A DNA stretch of 63,824 nucleotides, filler included, from Phoronis australis (taxonomy: Eukaryota; Animalia; Phoronida), in assembly GCA_002633005.1 (NCBI GenBank). It is 13 parts of 13 records of this genome, joined end to end, with 100 filler letters (N's around TTAATTAATTAA, not from the genome) between each part and the next. Parts side by side here need not be neighbours in the genome. Positions count along the whole stretch, not along the records: positions 10,284 to 15,395 come from NMRA01002426.1; positions 15,496 to 17,693 come from NMRA01003799.1; positions 17,794 to 23,310 come from NMRA01001925.1; positions 23,411 to 37,872 come from NMRA01001554.1; 9 more parts are not named here. One strand, written 5' to 3'. Position numbers and translations under genes: made by a program. The notes below the pieces were generated by a model. That model had not been told where the DNA came from. It saw only the letters and a program-made list of their open reading frames with translations, and searched no databases. Shown here piece by piece: positions 12,966 through 25,290 of the stretch (within the stretch, counting starts at the first letter, position 1; each line of letters opens with the position of its first letter).

Positions 12966-14616
12966 TTTTTATGCGCCCACCATATTTATATGTGGACGCA
13001 TTATGCCGTCATCTCCGTCCATCCGTCTGGCATCTGTCCGGTGTCCGCTGCTCTATCTCCAAAATGCCGTGATGTATGTTCATGAAATTTTGTACATATG
13101 TTCCTTTTGTGAATGGGACGGCATGAGCGAACTTTTGGACGGATCGGACTACTGGTGTGCCCCCTAGTAGCAATTTAATTTTTTATGTTTACCTCTGTAT
13201 CTTCCAAAGTCCTGAATGGCTTTTCATAAAATTTAATATACAGGCACCTATTAGCGAGATGATGCTATCCTTTCGTTTTTGGATGGATTCGACGTAGTTT
13301 GCGCCACCTAGTGGCTATTTTTACTGTTTTTGAGTCTGTTCTTTTGCGTTCACTCCTCTATCAACCAAACCGCTCAAAGGATGATTGTGAAAATTGGCAT
13401 GCATGTTCTTACTATAAAGTGGACGGCTGCCTAGTGGCAGTTTTGTTTTTTTTTGCGCCTATGACTGTATCTCCTAAACCATTTGCAGGATCCCTACTAA
13501 AGTTAGCATATTTATATGATGTTGACTATGAAGGACGAGGACTTTCGGACGGACCTGACTACTTAGGTGCCACCTAGTGGCAATTTTATTTTTTTACATT
13601 TGCCACTGTATTGTTCTAAGGTCCTCAACATATTTTCTTAAAATTTGGTATACAGGCATCTGTTAATCAGTTGATGCTATCTCTTCGTTTTCAGATGAAT
13701 TCGACCTAGTTTGCGCCACCTAGTGGCCATTTTTAAGTCTGTTTTTTTGCGTCCGCTTTCAGGATAATTGTGAAAATTGGCATGTATCTTTTTACTGTGA
13801 AGTGGGCGGCTGTTGATGATTTTCCGATGAGTGTGGCTACTGTGGCGCCTCCTAGTGGCAGTTTTGTTTTTTTGTGCTCATGACTGTATCGTAAACCGTT
13901 TGCAGGATCTTTACCTAATTTAGCAAGTGTATTTATGTGATGTTGACAACGGAAGACGAAGACTTTCAGATGGATTTGACCACTGGTGTGCCCCCTTAGT
14001 GGCAATTTTAGTTTTTACGTTTACGAGTCTGTATCTTCAAAAATAAAATTTTGAATATAGCCATCTATTGATGAGATGACGCTATCATCCTGTTTTTGGA
14101 TGGAATCGAGGTATTTTATGCCACCTAGTGGCCATTTTCGGTGTTTTCAAATCTTGATTTTGGCATCCACCCCTCTATCAATCAAATCATTCTGGGGATG
14201 GTTTTGAAATTGACGTATATGTTTTCAGTGTGAAGAGGACATTTGATGATGGCGACTGACTACTGTGGCGCCCCCATAGTGGTAGTTTTGTTTTGTTTTG
14301 CACCCATAGCTGTATCTCCAAAACCCACTGCAAGATCTGTAATTTAGTGAGTGGATTTACATGAAGATAACACGACTTTCAAGCGGATCAAACGGTCGCT
14401 GTGCCCGCAAGTGGCAATTTCATTTTTTTCTGTTTTCCTTTGTTTCTCTGAAGTTCCTTGACAGAGTTTTATGAAGTATGGCACGTGCCCATTTTTGGAT
14501 GGATTGTGTTTTGCGCCATGTAGTGGCCATTTTTATGATACAAATAAATAACCCTAAAAGCACACCATTTGCGATGCATTCGTGGGCGCATTTCAACGCT
14601 TTGCGTTGCTCTTGTT
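12966..14616 (+). mobile_element. Complete HINE/DINE-1-type non-autonomous Helentron element with central tandem array, in an SLC7 intron
   Basis: In order: T-run; 5' subTIR ATGCGCCCAC (12971-12980); partner repeat GTGGACGCAT (12992-13001); (TCCG/TCCA) microsatellite; ~140-bp central repeats; 3' subTIR GTGGGCGCAT (14582-14591); 3' hairpin CAACGC-TTT-GCGTTG (14594-14608); T-run. No TSD and no ORF. Confidence 0.88.
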
Positions 14617-15495
14617 TAATTTTTCATAGACTTGTTGCTATGGCTCTACAAATGCTAAAAAGTTCTAACCAAATGCTGTTTGGTGACGGCCATCCTTTTC
14701 AAACCATGCTAAAAACTAAGTAAAATTTCCTGAAAAGTACTTTTAGTTAAAAAAAATCATTTGTCCCACATATTATGTCCCTAATTGAAGAATTTATGTG
14801 TTCAATGAGCAATTTGCCTCGACAGCACACATATCCCTCCACAACTTGTTAGGTCATTTCTGAACAGTTTGAATACACATTTGTCATTCCAAGTGAAAGA
14901 AATAATTTGCATGATGCGTGTCCGTAGCACTTGATTATGTCCTACATTACCTTGGCCTACGCAGAGGTGAGTACTCAAATACGATAGGTCAGGAATGCTG
15001 CATTTTTATTCACATGTTTCATCACTTGTTGACAGTACCATGGGTATGAAGAAAGATCTCAACTCTCAAATGAGGTCAGCCTTTGAGTTATAAGTATTAC
15101 CATCTTAATGTCCAAACGTAACATTTTTAATTGCTGTTTCCTTAATAATTTTTCATGATTTTAGCTGGTTACTGTCAGTGAATGTTTCATCACTCGTCTT
15201 AAAGCTTTTTATGATTTTCTCAGCTAATTTTAAAAAATGATGGCATTTGGCTCTTTCTCATTGCCCAGTAGATCATCTGCGGGCTAATATTGTTGAGGTG
15301 TTGTGAACTTTGTCCAAAACACTCTGATGAGAAATGGGTCAGTGTCAGCCGTCTGCCAATGGGTGCCTTGATGACCTCCTGGTTGTTGTGTGGCTNNNNN
15401 NNNNNNNNNNNNNNNNNNNNNNNNNNNNNNNNNNNNNNNTTAATTAATTAANNNNNNNNNNNNNNNNNNNNNNNNNNNNNNNNNNNNNNNNNNNN

Positions 15496-15625
15496 GACAG
15501 CTTTTAAATATAGGGTTTGATTGACAGCTTTTAAATATAGGGTCTGATTGACAGCTTTTAAATATAGGGTCTGATTGACAGCTTTTAAATATAGGGTCTG
15601 ATTGACAGCTTTTAAATATAGGGTC
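15496..15625. repeat. Minisatellite, 27-bp unit, ~4.8 copies (truncated by the contig edge)
   Basis: GACAGCTTTTAAATATAGGGTCTGATT repeated; explains the YLKAVNQTL ORF. Confidence 0.95.
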
Positions 15626-15675
15626 ACTTGAACCCTGCTGTTGTTACGCAAATGTACATATACAATGAGTAAGTG

Positions 15676-15790
15676 TACTTACAATGGATAAACTGGCACA
15701 GTAGACTTGAGTGCAGGCACATCAGTTATATACTTACAATGGATAAACTGGCACAGTAGACTTGAGTGCAGGCACATCGGTTATATACTT
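15676..15790. repeat. 55-bp tandem duplication, followed by a degenerate ~70-bp triplet at about 15870-16070
   Basis: TACTTACAATGGATAAACTGGCACAG... starts at 15676 and 15731. Confidence 0.9.
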
Positions 15791-16316
15791 GTTGTAGAGC
15801 CACTTGACTTTAAACAACAAGTTCATGTATTCATTACTTTTGCACAACTTGGCTTCCTTATGATCTGCAATCACAAACCACAAGTTGATAAATAAATGTA
15901 TTGATTGCTCTACCATGACACTGCATCTATATGATTTATGAACACAAACCACAAGTTGATAATGTCTTCATTGCTCTACCATAACAATGCATCTATATGA
16001 CTTATGAACACAAACCACACGTTGATGTCTTCATTGCTCTACCACACTACCCCATCTTTATGGTTTATAACAACATGTCACATGATGATGTATTCATTGC
16101 TCAAATACTAGTTTGTCATTTTAATAAAATTTCGTGATCACTCAAAGCTTTTCCGCCTTGACCACTCACAACTTCAGGAACTTCATTGTAGATGGCTGTT
16201 ATTTAGACATTTAGAACTCTTGTGGAGCGTCGACCGTGCGAGTTAATTAAACAGCACTATTTGGTCACACTCTTCACCCTTTTCTATATTAGACAAATTG
16301 AGGTGTAAGTTTGAAA

Positions 16317-16515
16317 GCTTGTTTGGTGTCACACAATACAAAGTGCATAAAGAAGGGGTTTACCTTTGAGGGCTTGTTTGGTGTCACACAATACAAAGTG
16401 CATAAAGAAGGGGTTTACCTTTGAGGGCTTGTTTGTATGTCACACAATACAAAGTGCATAAAGAAGGGGTTTACCTTTGAGGGCTTGTTTGGTGTCACAC
16501 AATACAAAGTGCATA
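16317..16515. repeat. Minisatellite, 55-bp unit, ~3.6 copies
   Basis: GCTTGTTTGGTGTCACACAATACAAAGTGCATAAAGAAGGGGTTTACCTTTGAGG repeated. Confidence 0.95.
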
Positions 16516-16849
16516 NGAGTTCCTGGGGAAATCTACAAGAAAACGGAGGTGACTGCACAAACAATAAAACTGATGGCACGACTGCAGACATTACAAGAAT
16601 GGTGGGATGGCACAATAGATTACAGAATCAGGGCTGGAACCAAGATATTTAGTGAGGGGAATCCACGGCAGAGTACTAGTCAGGATTTTGCACATCAGAC
16701 ATTCGCACCCACAAGTTGCCAAATGGAATTGGGAAGAATTTTAGGGGGGGGGGGCATGGCGCACCTCTAGATCCGACGCTGAGTATGCACACTCAACAGA
16801 TAGCTTTCGGCTTAAATAAACAAGAACATTATGTTTTATCTCTTGCCTA

Positions 16850-17386
16850 CTCTCAATAGCTGCACACTCGCCCCTAGAGTTATATGTTCTATCTATTGAC
16901 TACGTTCAATAGCGGCATACTCATGCGTGGAGTTATATGTTCTACCTCTCAATAGCTGTACACTCACCCTTAGAGTTATATGTATTTATATATTTATTAT
17001 AATGACAAGTACAATTAATTCAAATAGTTATAAGTATAACATTTGTAAGAAAAATAATTACCCAGCCCAGTTGGACTTATTAGCCACTTCAACCACACAA
17101 CTCAGATGTAGGCCTATCATAAATGCGACGGTTTCTAAGTTCAAAAGCAGACTTGATATATTTGGCGAATTGCCAAGGGAAATACTGAAACATCAGTTTT
17201 AATGTATCTAATCTTCTGAATTCTGCAAAGGTCGGAATTTGAAGTGAAACACTATTAAATAGAATATACGTTCTATCTATAAACAACTCTCAACAGCTGC
17301 ACACTCACCGCTACAGTTATATGTTCTAGCTACTGACTACCCTCAACAGCTGCACACTCACCGCTACAGTTATATGTTCTATCTAT
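16850..17386. repeat. Degenerate minisatellite (CTCAAYAGCTGCACACTCACC...GTTATATGTTCTA) split by a ~270-bp insert
   Basis: Units at about 16852, 16904 and 16948, then again at 17289 and 17342. Confidence 0.75.
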
Positions 17387-17793
17387 CAGGGCTTGGAATG
17401 ACCAATGACAAAAAACGCCGAAACTTTTACTGCCCAAAACATGCGCGCTACCCAGCCTTGAAATAGTCGATGTGAACCTTTCGCCGACAAAAATCGTTAG
17501 GACTAAAAATAATAAAAAAAAAACCTTACCACCATCAGTGCGTCTGCATCTTTTTATCTCGTCCATCCACTCCTCCACTCCCACCCCCACACATTTTTGG
17601 CTGCAGAGCCGTAGTATTTGTCACCGCGGTTTACAATCACACGAGACGCCATTGAAAATCCCAACACGCTATCCCAGATGCCCCGGCAATGTTNNNNNNN
17701 NNNNNNNNNNNNNNNNNNNNNNNNNNNNNNNNNNNNNTTAATTAATTAANNNNNNNNNNNNNNNNNNNNNNNNNNNNNNNNNNNNNNNNNNNN

Positions 17794-18224
17794 GACTGAT
17801 GGTGTAATGTGGTTTGTTGTACAGACCAATCAGCGCTTAAAATTCATGTTCAGGTGAAATGTGAATCCTGAAAATTGTGGTTCATGCGCCTTTTCGGAGT
17901 GCATCTTTCTACTGTCGATGACTTTTGTTTACGATACTGTCCTGTATTCATACAGTATGAATACCACACCGGTTAAATCGGCCAGATACATGTATGTGTT
18001 TATCGTACATAAGTGTACTTCAAGCACATGGCTATTAAACATCACTCAGAAATAGTTGCTGCGACGCCACTTGCATGACAAGGCTAAAAATCGTTCACAG
18101 TCCGCCATTTTGTCACGGTGTTGGAAAGCTAACCAATGGCTGCTGAGGTTACTCCAACCAATGCTAAAGCGCATGCCACTGCGTGATTCCTGCGTGCTGG
18201 CTAGGCACGTAGGGAACCAGCGAG
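17794..18224 (+). mobile_element. Second, 5'-truncated copy of the 690-1263 TIR element
   Basis: Colinear with about 843-1263; ends GGGAACCAGCGAG. Confidence 0.8.
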
Positions 18225-20858
18225 CATGCGACCTAGCCGTGACACCTGGGCGAATAAATACTAAGGTAATCCAAAATATGTTTTCTTTGGCAATAATGCA
18301 TTTAATTTCTTATTTTAAAATGTTTAGGGAATTCGCGTATACAATTGTGATAGCTAATTAAGGATTTTTCAAGCAGGCAATCGCAGAATATGAAGAAGTA
18401 CTGTTATTTGACGCGAAGGTTACCCTATGGTGACTTTGAGGTCGCCTTAATATGTTTCGTGTAATTCTAATGAAGAACGTTTTGCGGTAACCTAAGTTAC
18501 GGCTTGCCGTGACTTAAGGTGGCTTCAAGTTAGTCACCCCGGGTTCTGAAAACAATTGGAATATAATTTCTCCGATCCAGCAGGTTATTAAAACTCCGTC
18601 AGCTGAGTAGACCCTAATTCTGCAGTTAGTGTCAAACATAATTGGTGGGGAGAGAAAAAGAAAAGAGAGCTACACGTTTATTCATAATATACAAAAATGA
18701 AACAAACTGAAACAACAGCACTGGTAGTTCTAGCAAGCCAATGATTCACAGACACCGTGTAAATTTAAAACTATCTTGAGCAGCACACATATCCCTACTC
18801 ACATCAGAGAGGAAATAAAGGTATTATACCTGTTTTGACCTTTAAATTTTTATCTTTGTAAGATGCCGGTATGAAATGTATACATTTGATTCGATAATGT
18901 TGAATTTCTCTGACTGAAACCCACCGTCCGGTGTCACCAAAAATGCAGCTAACTATGGACTTACAATAGCGTGGATCCATTCTGATTAGCTTATTTCCAT
19001 GACTGTTGTGTGCTTGCATGACTTCCCTGCACTGCGGCATCAGTGTTGTTATCGCATACAAAGCATGGTGATGACATATGCTGGTACTTTAACGCAAATT
19101 AAAATACCCTTTGAAAAGATCGTTGCGAATCTGATTCTTGGGATGCTAACGCGAGAATTACTCACTTTAAATATTGTACTGAAGAATTTCTAGAACAATT
19201 GTCAGAAATACTATTTTTGAAACTCAGACGAACTATAAATCTTTTATCCCAGTAAAATTTTCTAATTCTCCGCCCCTAAAAATGTATACGCACATTAGCT
19301 CAAAGAAGTGAGATTGGCTGCTGCTTGAAACCGCTTTGTAATACATCAAAGGTCAATGGTCGCATTTTCCGTATAAGGAAAATGTTCTACGTCCTAGTGG
19401 GGGCCTTCACAAGCTATTCGTGACGTCAGTGTGTGAGGCCCGGGAACCAGGTTATTCTACGTCCATGCCTTGCCGTACAAAGTAAGGACACCTGATTTGT
19501 CATGTGGGAGAAAAATCGACGAGATGAGCAGTTGACAGTTCGTTTATTTTTGAAATTAGAAACCACAGGGAAGATATTAGAAAATCTTTAAGAATAAACC
19601 GTAAATATACCTGGCGGACATTTTTACTTCTGTTTCAGTAGCAGAGATCCACTTTGAATAGTGCAGTTCAGTCTGTTTTTTACATCGTATGCCATATTAA
19701 CGGCACGAAATCGTAACAGTGGAACAGCTTGTACAATTATCACCTTGTTTGGCGCCAGAAAAGCAGGTTAGCAGCGATAATTTAATTTTAGACCTACACG
19801 TGTTGCTAATCGTTTATGCAGACGCAAATTTATGTGAACAAAACATGATTTCGTTACTTTGAAAACGTTTACAATCGGTCAACATGATACAGAAGAGACG
19901 CATAAACAAAGATGTCCATGTACATGTATAAGGCGGAGAGGGGTGGAGATTGGCGAAATTACGGACAATTCGAGCAAAATAAGAAATGTTCATGCCGAGC
20001 GGGATCGGTTGTTAAATGTGGTGAAGACGTTACAAAAGCCACTGACTGCCAAACACATGTAAGAGAGTTGAATTAGCATTAATAAATAAAACATGGGTCA
20101 CTCAGCTATTCACGCGGGGCAGTTGAGTAAAGTTCCACTTTCTTAATCAAATCACCAAACATTTTTCCATTCAAATCCTTGTCTCAAAGGTTAATCTATT
20201 TCAAAAACTTGCCACGTTAAGTAACTTGCGACATGGCGTAATGTTTATTCAGTCCTATTGCAAGTCCTGTGACCTAAAACGGGGGAAATAAGTGAAATTC
20301 GCACTTATGCAAACAACTTTGAGGAGAATTTTGGACTACAAAAATACCCGAGGTGAGCGATTTTATTTGTGACGGCCACAGCAACAGTCGCTTCAATCCA
20401 CCTTGATCTCTTTTTGTGTTACCTCATATGANNNNNNNNNNNNNNNNNNNNNNNNNNNNNNNNNNNNNNNNNNNNNNNNNNNNNNNNNNNNNNNNNNNNN
20501 NNNNNNNNNNNNNNNNNNNNNNNNNNNNNNNNNNNNNNNNNNNNNNNNNNNNNNNNNNNNNNNNNNNNNNNNNNNNNNNNNNNNNNNNNNNNNNNNNNNN
20601 NNNNNNNNNNNNNNNNNNNNNNNNNNNNNNNNNNNNNNNNNNNNNNNNNNNNNNNNNNNNNNNNNNNNNNNNNNNNNNNNNNNNNNNNNNNNNNNNNNNN
20701 NNNNNNNNNNNNNNNNNNNNNNNNNNNNNNNNNNNNNNNNNNNNNNNNNNNNNNNNNNNNNNNNNNNNNNNNNNNNNNNNNNNNNNNNNNNNNNNNNNNN
20801 NNNNNNNNNNNNNNNNNNNNNNNNNNNNNNNNNNNNNNNNNNNNNNNNNNNNNNNNNG

Positions 20859-22232
20859 GGCCCGGTCTCCAATCTCCGTACTCAGACTCGAATCATGCTC
20901 AAACTCACACTTCATACTCAACTCGAGTACAGACTCAGCTTTGGTGTATTCAATGTCATACTCGAAAAATCTGTACTCGAAATTTCGAGCACGTACTCAG
21001 TTTTCGAGTGTACTCGAACTGAAGTGTATCTCATCTATATTTCGAGTACGATTTTGAGTAAAAATTTGGAGTCTATGCTCAAATTTCAAGTTTGGTATGG
21101 CAGTGTGCTTGAAATCGTACTCGAAAATAAATACGAGCCAGAGAACAAAATATCTAAAGGGGACCAAGAAAAACAGCAAATCTAAAAAAATAAGTCCTCT
21201 TACCGTATGTCAGCACTTCAATTTCAGTTCAGAGATAATAGTTTTCATCTTAAATCATCTTATTCTTCACCTTATTAACCCGCCGTATCACTGTATGTTA
21301 TGGCCGCCATTCTACCTCTACAATTCCTGGCAACAGGCGCATTGTGATCCCTTGTCGGCGAGTCATAACAAGCGTCGAAAGCAGTTGTGGGAAAAGTCGT
21401 GTGAGAAGTTTGTGCTGCCCTTATTTTGGCATGTGTGCCTACGTTTTGTAGGGTTTCCAAAAGGCGACGAGGGGAGAGAAGTTTAAAAAACTTCGCTGCT
21501 CTGTCAGGTACATTTCTTATCATAACTTAGTCATTTATAATTCCTCAATCCGCAAATGGAATTTCAGATTTTGTTTGCCGATTTCTAAGTAGATGTCTCG
21601 TCCCGTTCACTGCCACTGGTGAACTCTGAATGCCTGCACAAGTATTGTTTTTTAACTCACGTGCCAAATGTCAACTCATTTGATACATTCCGTACAGTAG
21701 CAAAGTTTGACATCAGCGTAGGCCTACACAGCAATGGGTTTTATGTCAAGACTAAATTAGCAACAGAGATGTGATGTGATAAGCTGTTACAAATTTCTTG
21801 AGACATTTTCGGGACTGGGTGAGGAACTCAAGAAGTAAAGCTTAATAATTGCCAAATGTATCAAAGAAATGGCATAAGAATATTTATTGAAACTAAAAAA
21901 TGAATAACAGTTACAGAACGACTCAGAATTCTACGTTATAGACATACTCTTGTAGTTGTAGCGACAGCAGACGATAATGTAGGCCTAGTTCTTGGGGTGG
22001 TCTATTCCAGTAGGGACCGATGAATCAGCGCGGCTTTGCGTGATTTCGCATTTCACATCATAAAGAGTTCCATAGCAACTCGAGTATGAGTGTCAGATTT
22101 GAGTACGTTTGGAGTCTACTCGAAATACGACATTAGATACGCTTTTTCGAGTACGACTCCAGTGAGCACGATTTTGAGTATGAAATCTCGAGTATGAGTA
22201 TGAGTCTGAGTACGGAGATTGGAGACCGGGCC
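20859..22232 (+). mobile_element. Non-autonomous PIF/Harbinger-type element, copy 1
   Basis: Perfect TIR GGCCCGGTCTCCAATCTCCGTACTCAGACTC at both ends. Right flank is CTG (22233-22235); the left flank lies in the N gap except its last G. Dense subterminal TACTC/CTCGA motifs. Confidence 0.85.
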
Positions 22233-22448
22233 CTGGGGTTGAAAACCGTTAATTCTGTCACCTTTTTTACCCTCGCTTTATATTTCGCTAGAAGTGACGG
22301 GGCTAGAATAAAATTTATGTGGTTTTATTTAGCGGTTTTGATGTAAAACGACTCACAACTTTTCATTTTGTACAAAGACTTTTCGACAGAGTGCAAAAAG
22401 GCAGCGAGTCCGAGTGACGTGTTCACTGCCATGCAAAGCCCAGTGCAT

Positions 22449-23245
22449 AGACTCTATTCACGCGGCGGACATTAAAATCCAAAGCGAGGCTCACTGCGAT
22501 AAACAAAGCGGAAATTTACATTGCGTGAGTTAAATGGCCGGTCTTTGGAGTCCAACCTGAATATTAAATCTAAAAAAATGTGTCAATAATTAACAACAGA
22601 GACGTAGAAAAATACAGTTAAAGAACAAGTCAATGCACCAAAGAGTTGTCTGACGAAAGGATATAGTTTTTTTCCGGAAAACTAGGTTCGAAACATGAAA
22701 TGTAACATGACCAAATTGCGGCGATCGAAGTGTTACGGATTAGGTATCATGCTGAATGCAGGGTTACGTTTCTTCTAATAAATTCTTGATAAAAATGCTC
22801 TCTGCACGAACCAGGTCATCTGGTCGTATTGTTGACGAGTTGAAGATATATTCGGCAGTGGTGGCTCATAGCATTTTGCTGTTATGTGCAATTAGTCTCA
22901 TCTGGTTTAATTTGTTGACCAAGTAGGCCTATTAGCTTCAAGCACAGCCTAGGTCCTGGTGAGGTAGGCACTACCGGGTCTAACACTTGATTTGTGATTG
23001 ATCTGAAATAATACTTGATGTTATTAAATATATATTTTGATTACGATAAAAAACAAGGCTCGCAATTGAAAATAAAAATTATATGACCATCAATTCTGCT
23101 TTCTTGGTTTTAATAATTACGTCTATTTCATGTGTTATATTTTTCAAATATCAATCTCGACCAAGTTGAATTTTAAAATTAAAACACCTAATTCTTTCGT
23201 CCGAAGCATAACCTCGTTTTAGAGCTTAATTTCAGTTAATTGGAC
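22449..23245 (-). mobile_element. Partial copy (one terminus) of the ISL2EU-like element at 32677-34260, in the opposite orientation
   Basis: Reverse complement of about 33405-34260; terminus AT|AGACTCTATTCACGCGGCGG. Confidence 0.8.
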
Positions 23246-25290
23246 AGTACACATTAGCGAATTTAGAGGGTAGCCAACTTGGGGGCTATGCCTCAGCCCC
23301 CCCCCCCCCCNNNNNNNNNNNNNNNNNNNNNNNNNNNNNNNNNNNNNNNNNNNNTTAATTAATTAANNNNNNNNNNNNNNNNNNNNNNNNNNNNNNNNNN
23401 NNNNNNNNNNGATAGCAACGGAGCGATGACTTGCTTCGCCAGCAATAGATGGCAAAAAAGTGGAACCAAGGTACATGTATGAGACACTGAAGGGTTCTCT
23501 GTTGGGCTTTGAAGCAACATTTTTGAATGAACTCTGCCTACTGAATTGGCTGGACATTTTAACCTTTAGGAATTGTGGTGGCTATCCACGAATGTTATTT
23601 GTTTATTTTTAACCACTTCCAGTCGACTAGTAAACTTTTGGCTGGACATTCAAGTACCCTTCAGACTTTTCGGGTTAGCAAAAAACTGTTTGGTCGACAC
23701 CCACTGTCTTCTAGTCTTAGAATCTGGAGTGTTTGGCATTCTGAGTTGCTCGTGCCTAGTAGTTGCATGATAGTTTTGGGTTGAAACCTTCCAATTTTGC
23801 GTGGCTTTACTCGTTTTATGGAACGGCCAGCCAGGTTTGCTGTGGGAATAAATGGAAAAAACAGCTTTATGTATGACCAATACTTCCACATGTTTCATAT
23901 TTTGAGATTTTGTTGCTTTAATTCTTCAATTCATCCAGCCTGGGGGGGCAAAAATGACGAAAAATTAGTGAGTGTCCCTTAATGTATAACATACTTTGGC
24001 ATGTTTCAACATCTAAAAATCGGTATGTCCGAATATTACGTCCTTCTGTTAATCAGTGAGAACCAACGTTACTCGTTATTATGCTACCTGTCATGCAACA
24101 GGGGAAGAATTTTGTCTCAAAACAGCCATAATTGGTAGACTGTAACAACTTTACAATATTTTTAGGCTAAGGCAACGTGTGCGAAGGTGTACTTGAGAAG
24201 GAATCCAACTCTGGGGTATTCAGGCGGCGATTTTTTCAGCAACCCATCGTATGAATGTGCCGCAGGCTACGAATTGGAAGTGTGCACAATACTCAATCCG
24301 TAAGTATATGTTATGCTTCGAAAACAAAACTCTTTTCCGGGGATCGATATCAGGAAAACGAATATTGCTTTAGGCTCAGTAAGACTCAGGTGATGCTGTT
24401 AGTTTATCACCTTTCTAATTCGTGCGCAGTGTTTTGTTACCTTTGTTTGTTTACCTTTGATTTGTGAATCCGTATCTGCTGGAATAATCACTGTCGGGAA
24501 TAATTGTTGAACTCGTAATACCCTGACGCCATGTGAGTTTGTACCAGCAGACGACATTCACATACCGGAAATGACGTAACAGTGTGCCGAGTTTTTCGAA
24601 CCTTTCCTTAGGCTATTATTTTCTGTATCAGGTGGACTCAAGACGAAGCCGCACCCACGTTACCAAACATCGAGGGCAACAGGTGTTCTACAAAGTGTAA
24701 AAAATGCGCGCAACACGTCCTTTGCGTTGAAGAGTATTAAATGTAATATCGATGCAGCTGCAGTACAATAAATATATTGCCACTGTAGATTTTCGAAAGA
24801 ATTGTCTTCCAAATACAGACTCTGTTTTATTTTCTATTGATCGTATTGATAATTCTTCCGAAATAGTTGTTCTGTCCACAATACAAAACTCTTGAAATTT
24901 TATTGCCCTAAATTTTCGTCCAGTAATCTGACGAGGTACTCAACATCAGTCTGGCGCTAGCTAGAATGGCTCAATCGGTTCATTCGAAAAGCTCCGGTAA
25001 ATTCAGCGCTTGATGCTTCACGTACATCGTTTGCTTTTGCTTTATTCACGATTCTCTCATCGAAAAGATACATGCAAAGCAAATAATATATGCAAAAATA
25101 GGAGTCACTTTATACAAGTACATCACAGAAGATCATTCATTACTCAACATATATTTATTACGGAGAGATTAGTGATCACGATATGCTTATCAAGTACAGT
25201 TCATCTGTTTTGGTGTCATGATAAGTAAATTTATTGCTGTGTCTCAACTAGTGGAATATATTATAGACGCGATTCAATAGGTAGCATCTA

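Noticed and set aside
20393-21523. Long ORFs containing X runs, and matching ORFs at 30072-31080
   Set aside because: They are read-through of N gaps and non-coding Harbinger-element sequence; no transposase motifs are present.
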